Assembly: GCA_036405175.1 (NCBI GenBank)
Contig: DASWYC010000002.1
Span: 537,080-601,079, forward strand
DNA length: 64,000 bases
Reading direction: 5' to 3'
From: Minisyncoccota bacterium
GTDB taxonomy: Bacteria; Patescibacteriota; Minisyncoccia; Phycocordibacterales; UBA1006
A model generated the notes under the pieces. That model was not told where the DNA came from, made no database searches, and saw only the letters and a list, made by a program, of their open reading frames with translations. Numbering within the stretch: position 1 is the stretch's first letter; each line of letters begins with the position of its first letter. Shown here piece by piece: positions 29,587-39,331 of the stretch. A program made the translations under genes and the position numbers.

Positions 29587-29613
29587 CATTGAAAATAACA
29601 ATATTTTCAATAG

Positions 29614-29685
29614 GCACTTATGGTGAAATGGATATCACGACTGACTTCGGATCAGTTATTCTAGGTTCGAATCCTGGTAAGTGCA
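29614..29685 (+). tRNA. tRNA-Arg (TCG)
   Basis: GCACTTA...ACTGA-CTTCGGA-TCAGT...GGTTCGAATCC...TAAGTGCA. Confidence 0.93.
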
Positions 29686-29744
29686 CCTGATTTACAATTA
29701 TCAACAGACTAAATCTTATTCCTATATACTCTAGGAAGAACACT

Positions 29745-31217
29745 ATGTTTACCCTTCCTCAAAAAATCAAAGAGCTTGCTCTCCTCTTTCATGCTCATAA
29801 TTATGAGCTTTTTCTCGTTGGTGGTTCAATCCGTGACCTTCTTATGGGTAAACAGCCTAAAGATTGGGACTTTACCACCAATATTTCACCTGAAATACTC
29901 TTAGAATTGGCAGAATCAGTAGGTATTCGAGCGGTTTACACCAACACCTTCGGTACTGTTTCGTACGTTTTTGAAGACGAAGCGCTTGATTCTCCTCTCC
30001 GCGAGCTTCAGATTACCCCATTCCGCTCAGAGTCTGGCTATAAAGATGGTCGTCACCCTACCCAAGTTTCATGGGCACAAACCGTAGAACAAGACCTTTC
30101 ACGTCGTGACTTCACCATTAACGCTATTGCCTATAATATTGCCGATGATACTTTAGTGGATCCATTTGGTGGACAAGCGGACATCAACGCTGGAATTCTT
30201 CGCACTGTCGGTAATCCAAAAGATCGTTTTACCGAGGATTACTTGCGTATCCTCCGCCTATTCCGCTTTAGCGCTACCCTATCATTCACCATTTCACGTG
30301 AAACATATGACGCCGTGGTGCCACTTGTGCCCAATATTGCTCAATTATCTCAAGAACGTATTCGTGATGAGTTCTTTAAAATCATTATGAGCCCTACCCC
30401 AGAGAAAGTGTTACACGAATTGCATGAAACAGGCATTCTCCAAATTTTCCTTCCCGAGCTTTCTGAGGGGTATGGATGTAGCCAATCACGCAGTCATATA
30501 TATGATGTGTTTACCCATAACATAAAAGCTCTGCAAAACGCTGCGGATAACAATTTTGTGTTACACGTGCGACTTGCCGCCTTATTCCACGATATTGGAA
30601 AACCTCGTACTAAGCGGTTTGATCAAGCTCAAAACCTTTATACTTTTTATGGACACGAAGTGGTGGGTGCTAAAATGTCCAATAAGATCCTTGTACGCCT
30701 TAAAGCGCCCTTAGATCTAACGGACACCGTAACCAAACTTGTTCGTTATCATATGTTTCTATCGGACACGGAAAAGGTAACTCATAGTGCAGCACGCCGC
30801 CTTGTCCGTAATGTAGGGAAGGAGCTTGTCTGGGATCTTATTGATGTCCGCAAGTGTGATCGCAAGGGAATGGGGAAGAGTGAAGAACCGGTGCGTCTCC
30901 GCCAGTTTGAAGTACTTATTGAAGAGGTGATTAGAGATCCAATTTCTGTAGCTCAGTTGGTTATTGGCGGTGATGACCTTATGAATACCCTTAAAATGAA
31001 GCCTGGTAAGCGTTTTGGATGGATTCTTCATGGACTTTTGGAGGAGGTGATTGAAGATCCGGCTCGCAATACTAAAGAATACCTTCTGCAAAGAGCAGGG
31101 GAGATGGAGCAATTATCAGACACCGAGCTCCAAAAAATAGGGGAGCAGGGCAAGGAAACCAAGGAAATAGCTGATCAGAAAGAGCGAGATATCATTAAAG
31201 AAAGCTATCGAGTATAA
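29745..31217 (+). CDS. cca: CCA-adding tRNA nucleotidyltransferase with HD domain
   Basis: LVGGSIRDLL..DWDFTT, DLSRRDFTINA, EDYLRILR, ERIRDE, FHDIGK; neighbouring tRNAs lack encoded CCA. Confidence 0.92.
   Translation: MFTLPQKIKELALLFHAHNYELFLVGGSIRDLLMGKQPKDWDFTTNISPEILLELAESVGIRAVYTNTFGTVSYVFEDEALDSPLRELQITPFRSESGYKDGRHPTQVSWAQTVEQDLSRRDFTINAIAYNIADDTLVDPFGGQADINAGILRTVGNPKDRFTEDYLRILRLFRFSATLSFTISRETYDAVVPLVPNIAQLSQERIRDEFFKIIMSPTPEKVLHELHETGILQIFLPELSEGYGCSQSRSHIYDVFTHNIKALQNAADNNFVLHVRLAALFHDIGKPRTKRFDQAQNLYTFYGHEVVGAKMSNKILVRLKAPLDLTDTVTKLVRYHMFLSDTEKVTHSAARRLVRNVGKELVWDLIDVRKCDRKGMGKSEEPVRLRQFEVLIEEVIRDPISVAQLVIGGDDLMNTLKMKPGKRFGWILHGLLEEVIEDPARNTKEYLLQRAGEMEQLSDTELQKIGEQGKETKEIADQKERDIIKESYRV
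30290..30305. promoter_or_regulatory. parS-like site inside cca (best of about five between 28.5 and 33.2 kb)
   Basis: CATTTCACGTGAAACA, 14/16 to TGTTTCACGTGAAACA. Confidence 0.55.
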
Positions 31218-31244
31218 GAAAAAGCCATATTTATATGCCTTTTT

Positions 31245-32033
31245 CTATGCTTTAAAGGTGATTTTGACGGGGCAATGGTCGGAACCCATGATGTCTGTTA
31301 GATGCTCACAGGCAATCACAGAAGGGAAGAGGCCTTGTGAAGCCAAGGCGTAATCAATGCGCCAACCCACGTTACGGGCTCGGGCAAAAGTTTTTTGATC
31401 CCAATAGGTGTAGGCGTCTAATTGTTCCTTGTGTAACACTCTAAAACAGTCCATATAACCAGTAGCCAACAGTGCATCAATCTTAGCTCGCTCAACAGGC
31501 AAGAACCCAACATTCTTTTCATTTTCTTTGGGACGCGCCAAGTCAATCTCGGTATGAGCAATATTTAAATCCCCCATGATTAAGCTTTTTGGATGTTCCA
31601 CAAGAAACTTTTTTTGCCATTCAATAAAAGCATCGTAAAAATCTAGTTTATACTGGAGTTTTTCAGGAACACCACCGCCTCCATTAGGGAAGTAGCCGTT
31701 AATCAATGAAAAGTCTTTGGTGTGAACCGTTAATAAACGCCCTTGTTCATCTAATGCCTGATGCGGAGCGGGGAATGACACTTCAGATAAGACAATAGGA
31801 ATTTTGCTATAAATTGCGGTTCCACTATAGCCTTTTTTATGAAGTGGACTATGGAATAATGCTGTATATCCTTCTCTTTGAAGAATCTCTGCAGTTAATT
31901 GTTCTTTATGAGCTTTAGTTTCTTGAATCAGCAATAAATCTGGTTGCTCATGAAACACCACATCAAGCGCACCTTTTGTTTGTGAAGCACGAATCCCATT
32001 CACATTCCACGAAATAATCGTATATTCTTTCAT
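31245..32033 (-). CDS. xth: Exodeoxyribonuclease III (AP endonuclease)
   Basis: SWNVNGIRA, IQETK, GYSGTA, GDLNIAH, GWRIDY, SDHCPV. Confidence 0.96.
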   Translation of the reverse strand: MKEYTIISWNVNGIRASQTKGALDVVFHEQPDLLLIQETKAHKEQLTAEILQREGYTALFHSPLHKKGYSGTAIYSKIPIVLSEVSFPAPHQALDEQGRLLTVHTKDFSLINGYFPNGGGGVPEKLQYKLDFYDAFIEWQKKFLVEHPKSLIMGDLNIAHTEIDLARPKENEKNVGFLPVERAKIDALLATGYMDCFRVLHKEQLDAYTYWDQKTFARARNVGWRIDYALASQGLFPSVIACEHLTDIMGSDHCPVKITFKA

Positions 32034-32072
32034 AGGTCTATCATACTATGAACATTCAATAATCTCACCTTG

Positions 32073-32110
32073 TACAAAAGCGCCTGACCGTACGGTCAGG
32101 CGCTTTTGTA
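32073..32110. repeat. Perfect spacerless 38-bp palindrome
   Basis: TACAAAAGCGCCTGACCGT|ACGGTCAGGCGCTTTTGTA. Confidence 0.85.
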
Positions 32111-32123
32111 TCACGTGTACCAT

Positions 32124-32777
32124 TTACTTTCTCTGATATCCAATAAAATTTAACACCAATTGTTCGCCGGGATCAGTGCGTGAATCATAGGTTCGTTCCT
32201 CATGAAACACCTGATCAAAATGTTTTAAGAATCGATTTTTCAGGAAATGCTCAGAAAAGATTCTATGAGGCACACCAAATTTAATAAATTCTTGTGATTG
32301 CAATTCATCTTTGCGCGGACGATATCCATACAAACTCGTTGTTTTAATTGAATATCCAATATGCAAAAAGAATCCATTTGGTTTTATTACACGCTCAACC
32401 TCTTTAACAACTCTAAAAATTTCTTCATCACTTAAATACGTAAAAATACCACCATCACTTACGAGGTCAAAAGCTTCGTCAGTAAAAGGAATTTCGTCAG
32501 CAGATGCCTCAACAACACCAATATTCTTAATCTTTTCTTTCCTGATCTGTTCTTTGGTTTCACGAATAACTTGAGGATTTGTATCAATACCAAATAATTT
32601 ATGACGTGTATTCTTAAGCGGTAATAATGAAAGCGCGCGCCCAACACCTAATTCAAGAATATATGGATGTTCTCCCGGCATTGAATCAATATACTGTGCA
32701 ATTTCTTGATGATAGGGAATATGACTCCAGACATCTGATCCAGTTCTGTATACGTTTTCAAAATACGTACGTGACAT
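32124..32777 (-). CDS. Class I SAM-dependent methyltransferase
   Basis: ILELGVGRA, GIDTN, ADEIPFTDEAFDLV, VERVIKPNG. Confidence 0.85.
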   Translation of the reverse strand: MSRTYFENVYRTGSDVWSHIPYHQEIAQYIDSMPGEHPYILELGVGRALSLLPLKNTRHKLFGIDTNPQVIRETKEQIRKEKIKNIGVVEASADEIPFTDEAFDLVSDGGIFTYLSDEEIFRVVKEVERVIKPNGFFLHIGYSIKTTSLYGYRPRKDELQSQEFIKFGVPHRIFSEHFLKNRFLKHFDQVFHEERTYDSRTDPGEQLVLNFIGYQRK

Positions 32778-32900
32778 GATTCTATTGTACCTTACGTAAT
32801 ATATGATGTTACACATATATTCATCACACAAAAATCGCACCGTATTTTCTATATATAGTGCGATTTCTTTATATAATTCGTATACGTGTCATGTGAAACG

Positions 32901-33815
32901 TTACCGAGAGTGGAATTTTTTATGAATATCCATCAAATGTTTATCCGTAACGTGCGTATAAATTTGTGTTGTTCCAATATGCGCATGACCAAGCATCGCC
33001 TGTACACTTCTAAGATCCGCACCGTTCTCTAATAAGTTGGTTGCAAATGAATGTCTAAATACGTGCGGTGTTACGCGCTTTGAAATTCCTGCCTTCACGG
33101 CATAAAATGCAACGAGTCGCTCGATAGAACGTGGAGTTAATCGTCCTTCAATGGTTTTATTAAGTGTTCTATGTGAAACGTCTCTAAATAAGGGCTCGGC
33201 CATATCTTTGCGAGCTTTCAAATAGTTTTGAATCGCAGTACGCGCTTCATCAGACACAAATACCACTCTAATTTTTTCTCCTTTTCCTCTGATTGAAAAT
33301 TCTGAACGAGATAAATCCAAATCTCTGTTTAATGAACATAATTCTGAAACACGAAGGCCGGTAGAGTAGAGAAGTTCCAAAAGCGCACGATCACGTAACC
33401 CCTTTTCTTCTGAAAGATCTGGCGCATCCAAGATACGGGTTAATTCTTGAAAGGTAAGAAAATCAATATCACGCTCACCAACCTTAGCTAATTCAATCAT
33501 TTCAGGGCGCGCGGCAGAAATACCACGTTTCATAAGAAATTTGAGCAGCATTCTCAAGGCAATTAAATAGTAGTTTTGGGTCTTTTTCTTCATCGTATCC
33601 TGTGTTTGACCCTTTCTTGAAGCACCTTTTTTACGATTTAAAATCCCACGGAATGCACGAATCGATTCCTCGGTAATATCTTTGGTATTTTTAATATTCA
33701 TCGTAGCAATATATTCACGCAAATAGCGTTCATAGTTTTCAAGAGTTTTCAGGCTGCGACCCTTTTCGATCTCCAAATATTCAAGAAAACTGCGCAAAGC
33801 TTGATTAATATCCAT
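32901..33815 (-). CDS. Tyrosine recombinase, XerC/XerD family
   Basis: RDRALLELLYSTGLRVSEL, GKGEKIR, TPHVFRHSFAT, LGHAHIGTTQIYTHV. Confidence 0.95.
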   Translation of the reverse strand: MDINQALRSFLEYLEIEKGRSLKTLENYERYLREYIATMNIKNTKDITEESIRAFRGILNRKKGASRKGQTQDTMKKKTQNYYLIALRMLLKFLMKRGISAARPEMIELAKVGERDIDFLTFQELTRILDAPDLSEEKGLRDRALLELLYSTGLRVSELCSLNRDLDLSRSEFSIRGKGEKIRVVFVSDEARTAIQNYLKARKDMAEPLFRDVSHRTLNKTIEGRLTPRSIERLVAFYAVKAGISKRVTPHVFRHSFATNLLENGADLRSVQAMLGHAHIGTTQIYTHVTDKHLMDIHKKFHSR

Positions 33816-33936
33816 ATTGGTAAGTATATCGTATTGTGCGACGTTCCTTATTTTGAGATTTTTCCCTTATTTCGTAAGGCTTTTACGGCTCCACAGAATT
33901 ACTTGACAAGCATATCTCAATATGCTATATTATATA

Positions 33937-34030
33937 CGGCATGCACGGCTTAGGCGGAAGGTGGGAGTGCCTTCTAGAGTCTGTGCGCTATGTATACGAA
34001 ACCCTTGATCATAGAGATTGAGGGTTTTAT
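33937..34030 (+). ncRNA. Candidate small RNA of about 90 nt with its own promoter and terminator
   Basis: TTGACA(33903)-17-TATATT promoter with TG extension, GC-rich hairpin, then terminator AAACCCTTGATC...GATTGAGGGTTTT; no ORF. Confidence 0.55.
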
Positions 34031-34133
34031 TTATAACACCCTCTTATTATTAAGATCCTAAAGAATAATATCTGTTCCCATATTTATATTAACGGGCTTG
34101 CTTTTTTTTCAAGAATATGGTAGTATACTGGAT

Positions 34134-34400
34134 ATGCTAACTAAGCGAGTTAAGTCACAAGTAATCAAGAAATTCCAGGTTCATGACGCTGATACTGGTT
34201 CTGCAAAGTCACAAATTGGACTTTTGAGCCGCCGTATTGATGAACTTGCTCTTCACCTCAAGAAGCACGCTAAGGATCTTCACTCTCGAAGAGGACTTAT
34301 CGGACTTGTTGCCGACCGAAGAAAACATTTGAAATATCTTGAAAAAACCGATAAAAAAGGGTACGTAGCTCTCACTAAAGAACTCGGACTCAAAAAATAA
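34134..34400 (+). CDS. rpsO: 30S ribosomal protein S15
   Basis: DTGSAKSQIGLL, HLKKHAKDLHSRRGL; start moved to 34134. Confidence 0.97.
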   Translation: MLTKRVKSQVIKKFQVHDADTGSAKSQIGLLSRRIDELALHLKKHAKDLHSRRGLIGLVADRRKHLKYLEKTDKKGYVALTKELGLKK

Positions 34401-34556
34401 TACTCGCTCAGCGAGTATTATTTATTAATCATATTTTTGAGGGACACGCGCACAACCGAGCGTTCATATTTACGCATCACAAATTTTGCGTTTCATATTT
34501 TCATCAGCCCTCACACAGACAATAAACCTTGTCTGATATACTTTTAACTAGTATTT

Positions 34557-35210
34557 ATGCTACAAACTCATGAACGCGTCGTTTTCTTAATTGACGCACA
34601 AAACTGTTATCACACAACTCAAAATCTCTATCATCGTAATCCAAACTTTTTGGGAATCATTAAAGAAATTCTTGGTGATCGCCATCTTTTACGTGCACTT
34701 GCATATGTAATTGCAACGGAAAAGGGGGACGAAACCGCATTTCTTGAAGCACTTTCTTCAAACGGTATTGAGCTCCGTAAAAAAGATCTTCAAGTCTTTT
34801 ACGACGGCGCCAAAAAAGGTGATTGGGATGTTGGAATGGCTATTGATGCGGTTATTCTTGCCGAAAAAGCTGACACTATTGTGTTGGTTACGGGAGATGG
34901 AGACTTCGTTCCACTCGTGGATTATCTTCGTCATAAAGGTGTTCGCGTTGAAATTGCATCATTTGTACAGCGCACCTCGCAAAAACTTGTTGATGCGTCG
35001 CACCGATTCTTTAATCTTTCAGAAGCACCATCAAAATTTGTGATTGGAGGATTGGGCAATAACGGCCGTAAACATGCCGCAAAACGCCCACGTGCAAAAG
35101 CAAACAATGCTAATAGTAATAGTGCAACAGGAAATACCACTCCGGCAGCACCAAAAAAGCAACAAGCGCCTGAACAGGTGAAGCTTACCAAAGCGAATAG
35201 TGTTAACTAA
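34557..35210 (+). CDS. NYN/LabA-domain putative ribonuclease
   Basis: FLIDAQN, KGDWDVGMAID, VTGDGDFVPLV. Confidence 0.92.
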   Translation: MLQTHERVVFLIDAQNCYHTTQNLYHRNPNFLGIIKEILGDRHLLRALAYVIATEKGDETAFLEALSSNGIELRKKDLQVFYDGAKKGDWDVGMAIDAVILAEKADTIVLVTGDGDFVPLVDYLRHKGVRVEIASFVQRTSQKLVDASHRFFNLSEAPSKFVIGGLGNNGRKHAAKRPRAKANNANSNSATGNTTPAAPKKQQAPEQVKLTKANSVN

Positions 35211-35249
35211 TATAAAAATCGCAGAGCAATCTGCGATTTTTATATATTT

Positions 35250-36041
35250 CTAAAGAATAAAATCTTTTGAAAACTTTTTTGTATAGGCTTCAGCTTTTTT
35301 AATATTCCGTGAAATTCTTAGTTTGACTTTGTGATTTCCATTAACCAACTCTGTTACACGAGCAACCAATTCTTTTTCTGTATCCGATGTTTCATAAATG
35401 CCGTCCAAGTCTTCAGCAAAACCAACCGTAAATTGAGCTTCAAAAACATAATCACCCAACACATTCACATATTCATATGTAGGAATTTTATAATCAAGGC
35501 CCGTATTAATAGAAATAAAATCTGATCGATACTTCTTTGCAAACAACAAATCATTTTCTGTATCTTTTGCAACACTTACACATAACCTACGCTTATCTTG
35601 ATTAAATTTATTAAATACAGCCTCTTCACTTTCTTTATGGGCCACCATAAACCACTCGTGGGGATCGTAAATAAAAACTGGTCCGTTTGTTTCTGAATAT
35701 GCCTGCAAAAAGTAATGCGCCCAGATTCTGTCTGTCTCCAAAGGATTAAAGAACGAAAGTGCAATAGAATCACCCTCTTCAAGATGGTTTGGAAGAATAT
35801 TTGACGGAGAGAGGGAAGCAATGAGCTTTTCTTTCCATAAGTTATTTATAAGGAATTGGGTACCCTGTTTAAGCACCACCTTTTCTTCAATCAGATTGTT
35901 GAGGGATTTATACATTCCTTGTTTTGAGTATTTAGCTTGTTTATTTATTGAACCTAAAAGATCTTTTCCTGATTGAGGGGATATTTGAAGAAGCGTATCA
36001 ATAATAAGTTCTTTTAAATGTTCTGAGCGAAAGAGATTCAT
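35250..36041 (-). CDS. Winged-helix regulator with an uncharacterised C-terminal domain (paralog A)
   Basis: YSKQGMYKSLNNLIEEKVVLK wHTH pattern; aligns end to end with 37694-38491. Confidence 0.7.
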   Translation of the reverse strand: MNLFRSEHLKELIIDTLLQISPQSGKDLLGSINKQAKYSKQGMYKSLNNLIEEKVVLKQGTQFLINNLWKEKLIASLSPSNILPNHLEEGDSIALSFFNPLETDRIWAHYFLQAYSETNGPVFIYDPHEWFMVAHKESEEAVFNKFNQDKRRLCVSVAKDTENDLLFAKKYRSDFISINTGLDYKIPTYEYVNVLGDYVFEAQFTVGFAEDLDGIYETSDTEKELVARVTELVNGNHKVKLRISRNIKKAEAYTKKFSKDFIL

Positions 36042-36263
36042 ATGTTATTAATAGTATAAACCAATGGTTTACTATTTTTATATTCACTACTCTTACTAAG
36101 CAGATCTACACATTTTTAAACTTTTTCTTTACAAAGTGACCAATATTTGACTATTTACTGAAAGTATTGCAAATATCAGATACAGTATCCTAGAAATCAT
36201 TTAAAAAACCTGTTTACTGGTTACCCTAAAATGGAAAACCTATGCTCATCCTACGCTTAAGAA

Positions 36264-36731
36264 ATGGATAGTAAACATAAACCATATACGAACATGTCAC
36301 TATTAATGTTTATCATTATCGCAGCCGTTATTCTTATCATTAGCGCATATTTCATTATTGGACAAATGTCTATGATGCCAAAGATCTACCCTGAGGCTAT
36401 TGCTAAGCATGGCGATATTGAGCAGCTCAACATCAAAAAGGACAGAATGGCAAGGATATTTTTTATCATAAGTATTATCTTTTTTATAATAGGCTTACCC
36501 ACGTACTTCTTGTTTGAAACTTTTGGTGCAATGGTACGCTCAGAAGCAGGGAGGGCTTCTCTTCTTGCACTAGAAGCATTGGGTTTTTCTATGTTCTACC
36601 TTATGGTTTACTTAAAAAATCTCCACGATGACGAAAAAGTCCTTACGAATGAGCCCGTTGATCTGAGCCAGATTCCCAATACTGCACCAGATTTTATAGA
36701 GGCTATTCCAGGGGCTTCTAACCTCACATAG
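36264..36731 (+). CDS. Hypothetical three-TM membrane protein
   Basis: Three hydrophobic segments; divergent from regulator A. Confidence 0.65.
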   Translation: MDSKHKPYTNMSLLMFIIIAAVILIISAYFIIGQMSMMPKIYPEAIAKHGDIEQLNIKKDRMARIFFIISIIFFIIGLPTYFLFETFGAMVRSEAGRASLLALEALGFSMFYLMVYLKNLHDDEKVLTNEPVDLSQIPNTAPDFIEAIPGASNLT

Positions 36732-36909
36732 AAGTCTTTAGCGTTTTTCACAATAAGAGTAATTATAATAATTACTCTTATTTTTTTATCCACCTTGGTA
36801 AACCTTTACTTTACAATCTATTAATTATTTACATATTTTAAGCAATTTTGTCAATAATCTACTAGAATGGTTCTTGAAGCAACTACCTGTTTCATTCAAA
36901 CCAAAAACT

Positions 36910-37680
36910 ATGAAAAAAGAACTTATCATCATTGTCGGAGCAAACGGAGAAATCGGAACTGAATATATCAACTCCTTAAAAACCAATTTGAATATTGAAA
37001 TACTTGCTGTTACACTTTCAAAACCTTATCACGATCCTTCAATTAACAATATTAGAGTTGACGTGCGAGATTATGAGGCGATTGAGCAGGCACTTGCTCA
37101 CATTAATTTACAAGACTACTTACGCGTTATTTATCTTCACTCTATTGGAACAGACGTATTTGAGTGGACTAACTACCCTCAAAAGCTTTATCGAAAAACT
37201 ATTCCGGAAAGCGTTTATGATTCAAACGTAAACACCTTTAAATATCTTTTACGATATTTATCAGAAAAGCTAAAGCGCACCAATACTGAACTTAAGGTGG
37301 TACAAATTGCCGGAGTTGCTGATAAATATGGATTTATGGTGATTGAATCGTTTCATGAGTGTAAAAAAATCACGAGAGCCTATGCGCGAGACCTTTGTGA
37401 TCTATATCCAAACATTTCAGGGCTTACAATTAATATCACCTCTTGTATCACCAAATCAGCATTGGAAGTGCGTCCTTTTGCGGATACTTCAAAGGGATGG
37501 CTTACACCTCAGGAAGTTGTATCTGAAAGTATTTCTTCAATACTAAGTAGCGAATGTGGATATCAAGAAATAAATATTCTCAAGCCGCTTCCCAGCTTTA
37601 ATCCTCAGGAATATTACGAGAATCAAGATCGTATATATGAAAAGTGGGCTAAAGAAATTGGAATCAAAAAAGCCATGTAA
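36910..37680 (+). CDS. Atypical SDR/Rossmann-fold oxidoreductase
   Basis: IIVGANGEIG, VDVRDYEAI, WLTPQEV; FHECK in place of YxxxK. Confidence 0.7.
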   Translation: MKKELIIIVGANGEIGTEYINSLKTNLNIEILAVTLSKPYHDPSINNIRVDVRDYEAIEQALAHINLQDYLRVIYLHSIGTDVFEWTNYPQKLYRKTIPESVYDSNVNTFKYLLRYLSEKLKRTNTELKVVQIAGVADKYGFMVIESFHECKKITRAYARDLCDLYPNISGLTINITSCITKSALEVRPFADTSKGWLTPQEVVSESISSILSSECGYQEINILKPLPSFNPQEYYENQDRIYEKWAKEIGIKKAM

Positions 37681-37693
37681 TTTCATGGCTTTT

Positions 37694-38491
37694 TTATATA
37701 ATTTCTTTTTTAATTCTTTTCCAAATTTTCTGTTGTTTTTGAGAGTTTTTGTAAATACGGAGCGTAAACTTTGAAGGATTATCAATTACCCTATTAACAA
37801 TATCTCTTGGTGTACCAGATTCAAAAAAATCAGTCATCATATCCATCCACTGTGAATCATATGTAGTCTCAATCATATAATCATCAAACAAGTTAAACCC
37901 TACATATTTATCAAGCTTTTCGTCAAACACCACCTGCACACCCAGAGATCTAATTTCCGAGATATCAGCCATCATGGTGTCATTAATAGCAGGAAGAGAG
38001 ACCCAAACGATCGAGTATCCAAAACTTTGCAAGTGCTTGATAAAAAGTGTTGCCTGTTCTTTTGAGTACCGGAAATACATTGAATACGGCTCAAACAAAC
38101 AATAATATCGCTTTTCTTTCTGAGACTTTTTTAAAAGGAAAGCTGCATTGTCCCAAAAGTTATTAAGATCCTTAAAAGTTTCAAATACGAATGACACCTT
38201 GGAGGTGTCTTTAATTTCCGGTAAAAACGCAAGAGTAGCATCATCCTTATAATAAGTTTTAGTGAGTGCTAGGTAATATTCTCGAATACGAGCAATAAAT
38301 AATGCAGAAATAGCTAATATTTTTGCATTTTCGATAATTACTTCTTTATCCTTAAGCTTATTAATAATCTTATAAACACCCTGAGGAGTCATGGAAAGCT
38401 TTTTTGAAATATCAGAAATAAGTTTCTTTTTTATAATTGGTCCTTTTTCGAGTAGCTCAATTACTTCTTTTTCTGGAGAATCAAACACCAT
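37694..38491 (-). CDS. Winged-helix regulator with an uncharacterised C-terminal domain (paralog B)
   Basis: MTPQGVYKIINKLKDKEVII wHTH pattern; shares F...W, NxxxDY and LRIxxN motifs with paralog A. Confidence 0.7.
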   Translation of the reverse strand: MVFDSPEKEVIELLEKGPIIKKKLISDISKKLSMTPQGVYKIINKLKDKEVIIENAKILAISALFIARIREYYLALTKTYYKDDATLAFLPEIKDTSKVSFVFETFKDLNNFWDNAAFLLKKSQKEKRYYCLFEPYSMYFRYSKEQATLFIKHLQSFGYSIVWVSLPAINDTMMADISEIRSLGVQVVFDEKLDKYVGFNLFDDYMIETTYDSQWMDMMTDFFESGTPRDIVNRVIDNPSKFTLRIYKNSQKQQKIWKRIKKEII

Positions 38492-38697
38492 ATTGAAATT
38501 AGTGTATCATATTTTAAACTCAATGTTTATTTTTTTAATTAAAACTACCCCATACACCACATTAAATGCAAAATTTGTTTATTTTTAAACTATTTATTTA
38601 AAATGGTGCTGTATTATTGACTTTTTCTGAAAGTATTGTGACTTTAAACTATACTGTTCTCAGATAAATTATTTACAAACCAAAAACATTTAAAAAT

Positions 38698-39168
38698 ATG
38701 AAAAATATATTAGTATACGGACAAAGAAACAGCTTCATTGAAAATGACCTTAATACAGGCTGGACTATATATGGCAATGTATCAGTTTTTGCAGCCTACA
38801 AAGGCATGCATCTATCAGAAGAAGGTGGCTTTGGTGAGAATGAAGTACAAATAGAGTTCTCTCAAAAAATGTCATCACACCTCTCGCTATCATTATTGAT
38901 CATGCTTCAAGAATATTCTCATTTATTCGACAAAGTATATGTTTATCTTGATGGGGTAAGGTATACAACACTCATTGATGAGTTACAATTCCGCAATATC
39001 CCAGCAGATAAAGTTATATTCTTTATTATGCCCGACAAACAGTCTACACTTAAGAAAGAACAGTATCTGGAGGAGCGTGGGTATGGAAAGTCTGAAATAA
39101 TTGATTGTGACTCGTGTGCGGTGGAAGAAATAGGAATACTTATAAACAATTTTAAAAAGGAGGTATAA
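38698..39168 (+). CDS. Hypothetical protein
   Basis: 156-aa ORF divergent from regulator B; CDSC near the C-terminus. Confidence 0.6.
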   Translation: MKNILVYGQRNSFIENDLNTGWTIYGNVSVFAAYKGMHLSEEGGFGENEVQIEFSQKMSSHLSLSLLIMLQEYSHLFDKVYVYLDGVRYTTLIDELQFRNIPADKVIFFIMPDKQSTLKKEQYLEERGYGKSEIIDCDSCAVEEIGILINNFKKEV

Positions 39169-39256
39169 AATGAGAAATTTTATTAGAGGACAACCCTGGT
39201 TGTCCTTTTTTTATACCCTAACCTCAAATATGATATAGTGCACTCATACAAGTAAT

Positions 39257-39331
39257 GATTGTCTTTTCACGGAATTTGCTTTGGCCTCATAATCATATGA
39301 ACCAGCCGAGTGCGTACGTGAGGAGATAATC
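39257..39331 (+). promoter_or_regulatory. Long stem-loop in the pnp 5' UTR
   Basis: GATTGTCTTTTCACG pairs with CGTGAGGAGATAATC using G-U pairs, downstream of a TG-a-TATAGT -10 box. Confidence 0.6.

Noticed and set aside
32901-33815. Tyrosine recombinase as a prophage, integron or island integrase
   Set aside because: Length and motifs fit housekeeping XerC/D. I see no integron-integrase insertion, no duplicated tRNA 3' end and no phage genes nearby.
34438-34513. Possible structured RNA between rpsO and the NYN gene (TGAGGG/CCCTCA stem, repeated TTCATATTT)
   Set aside because: Pairing is short and there is no second copy or covariation, so it is too weak to call.
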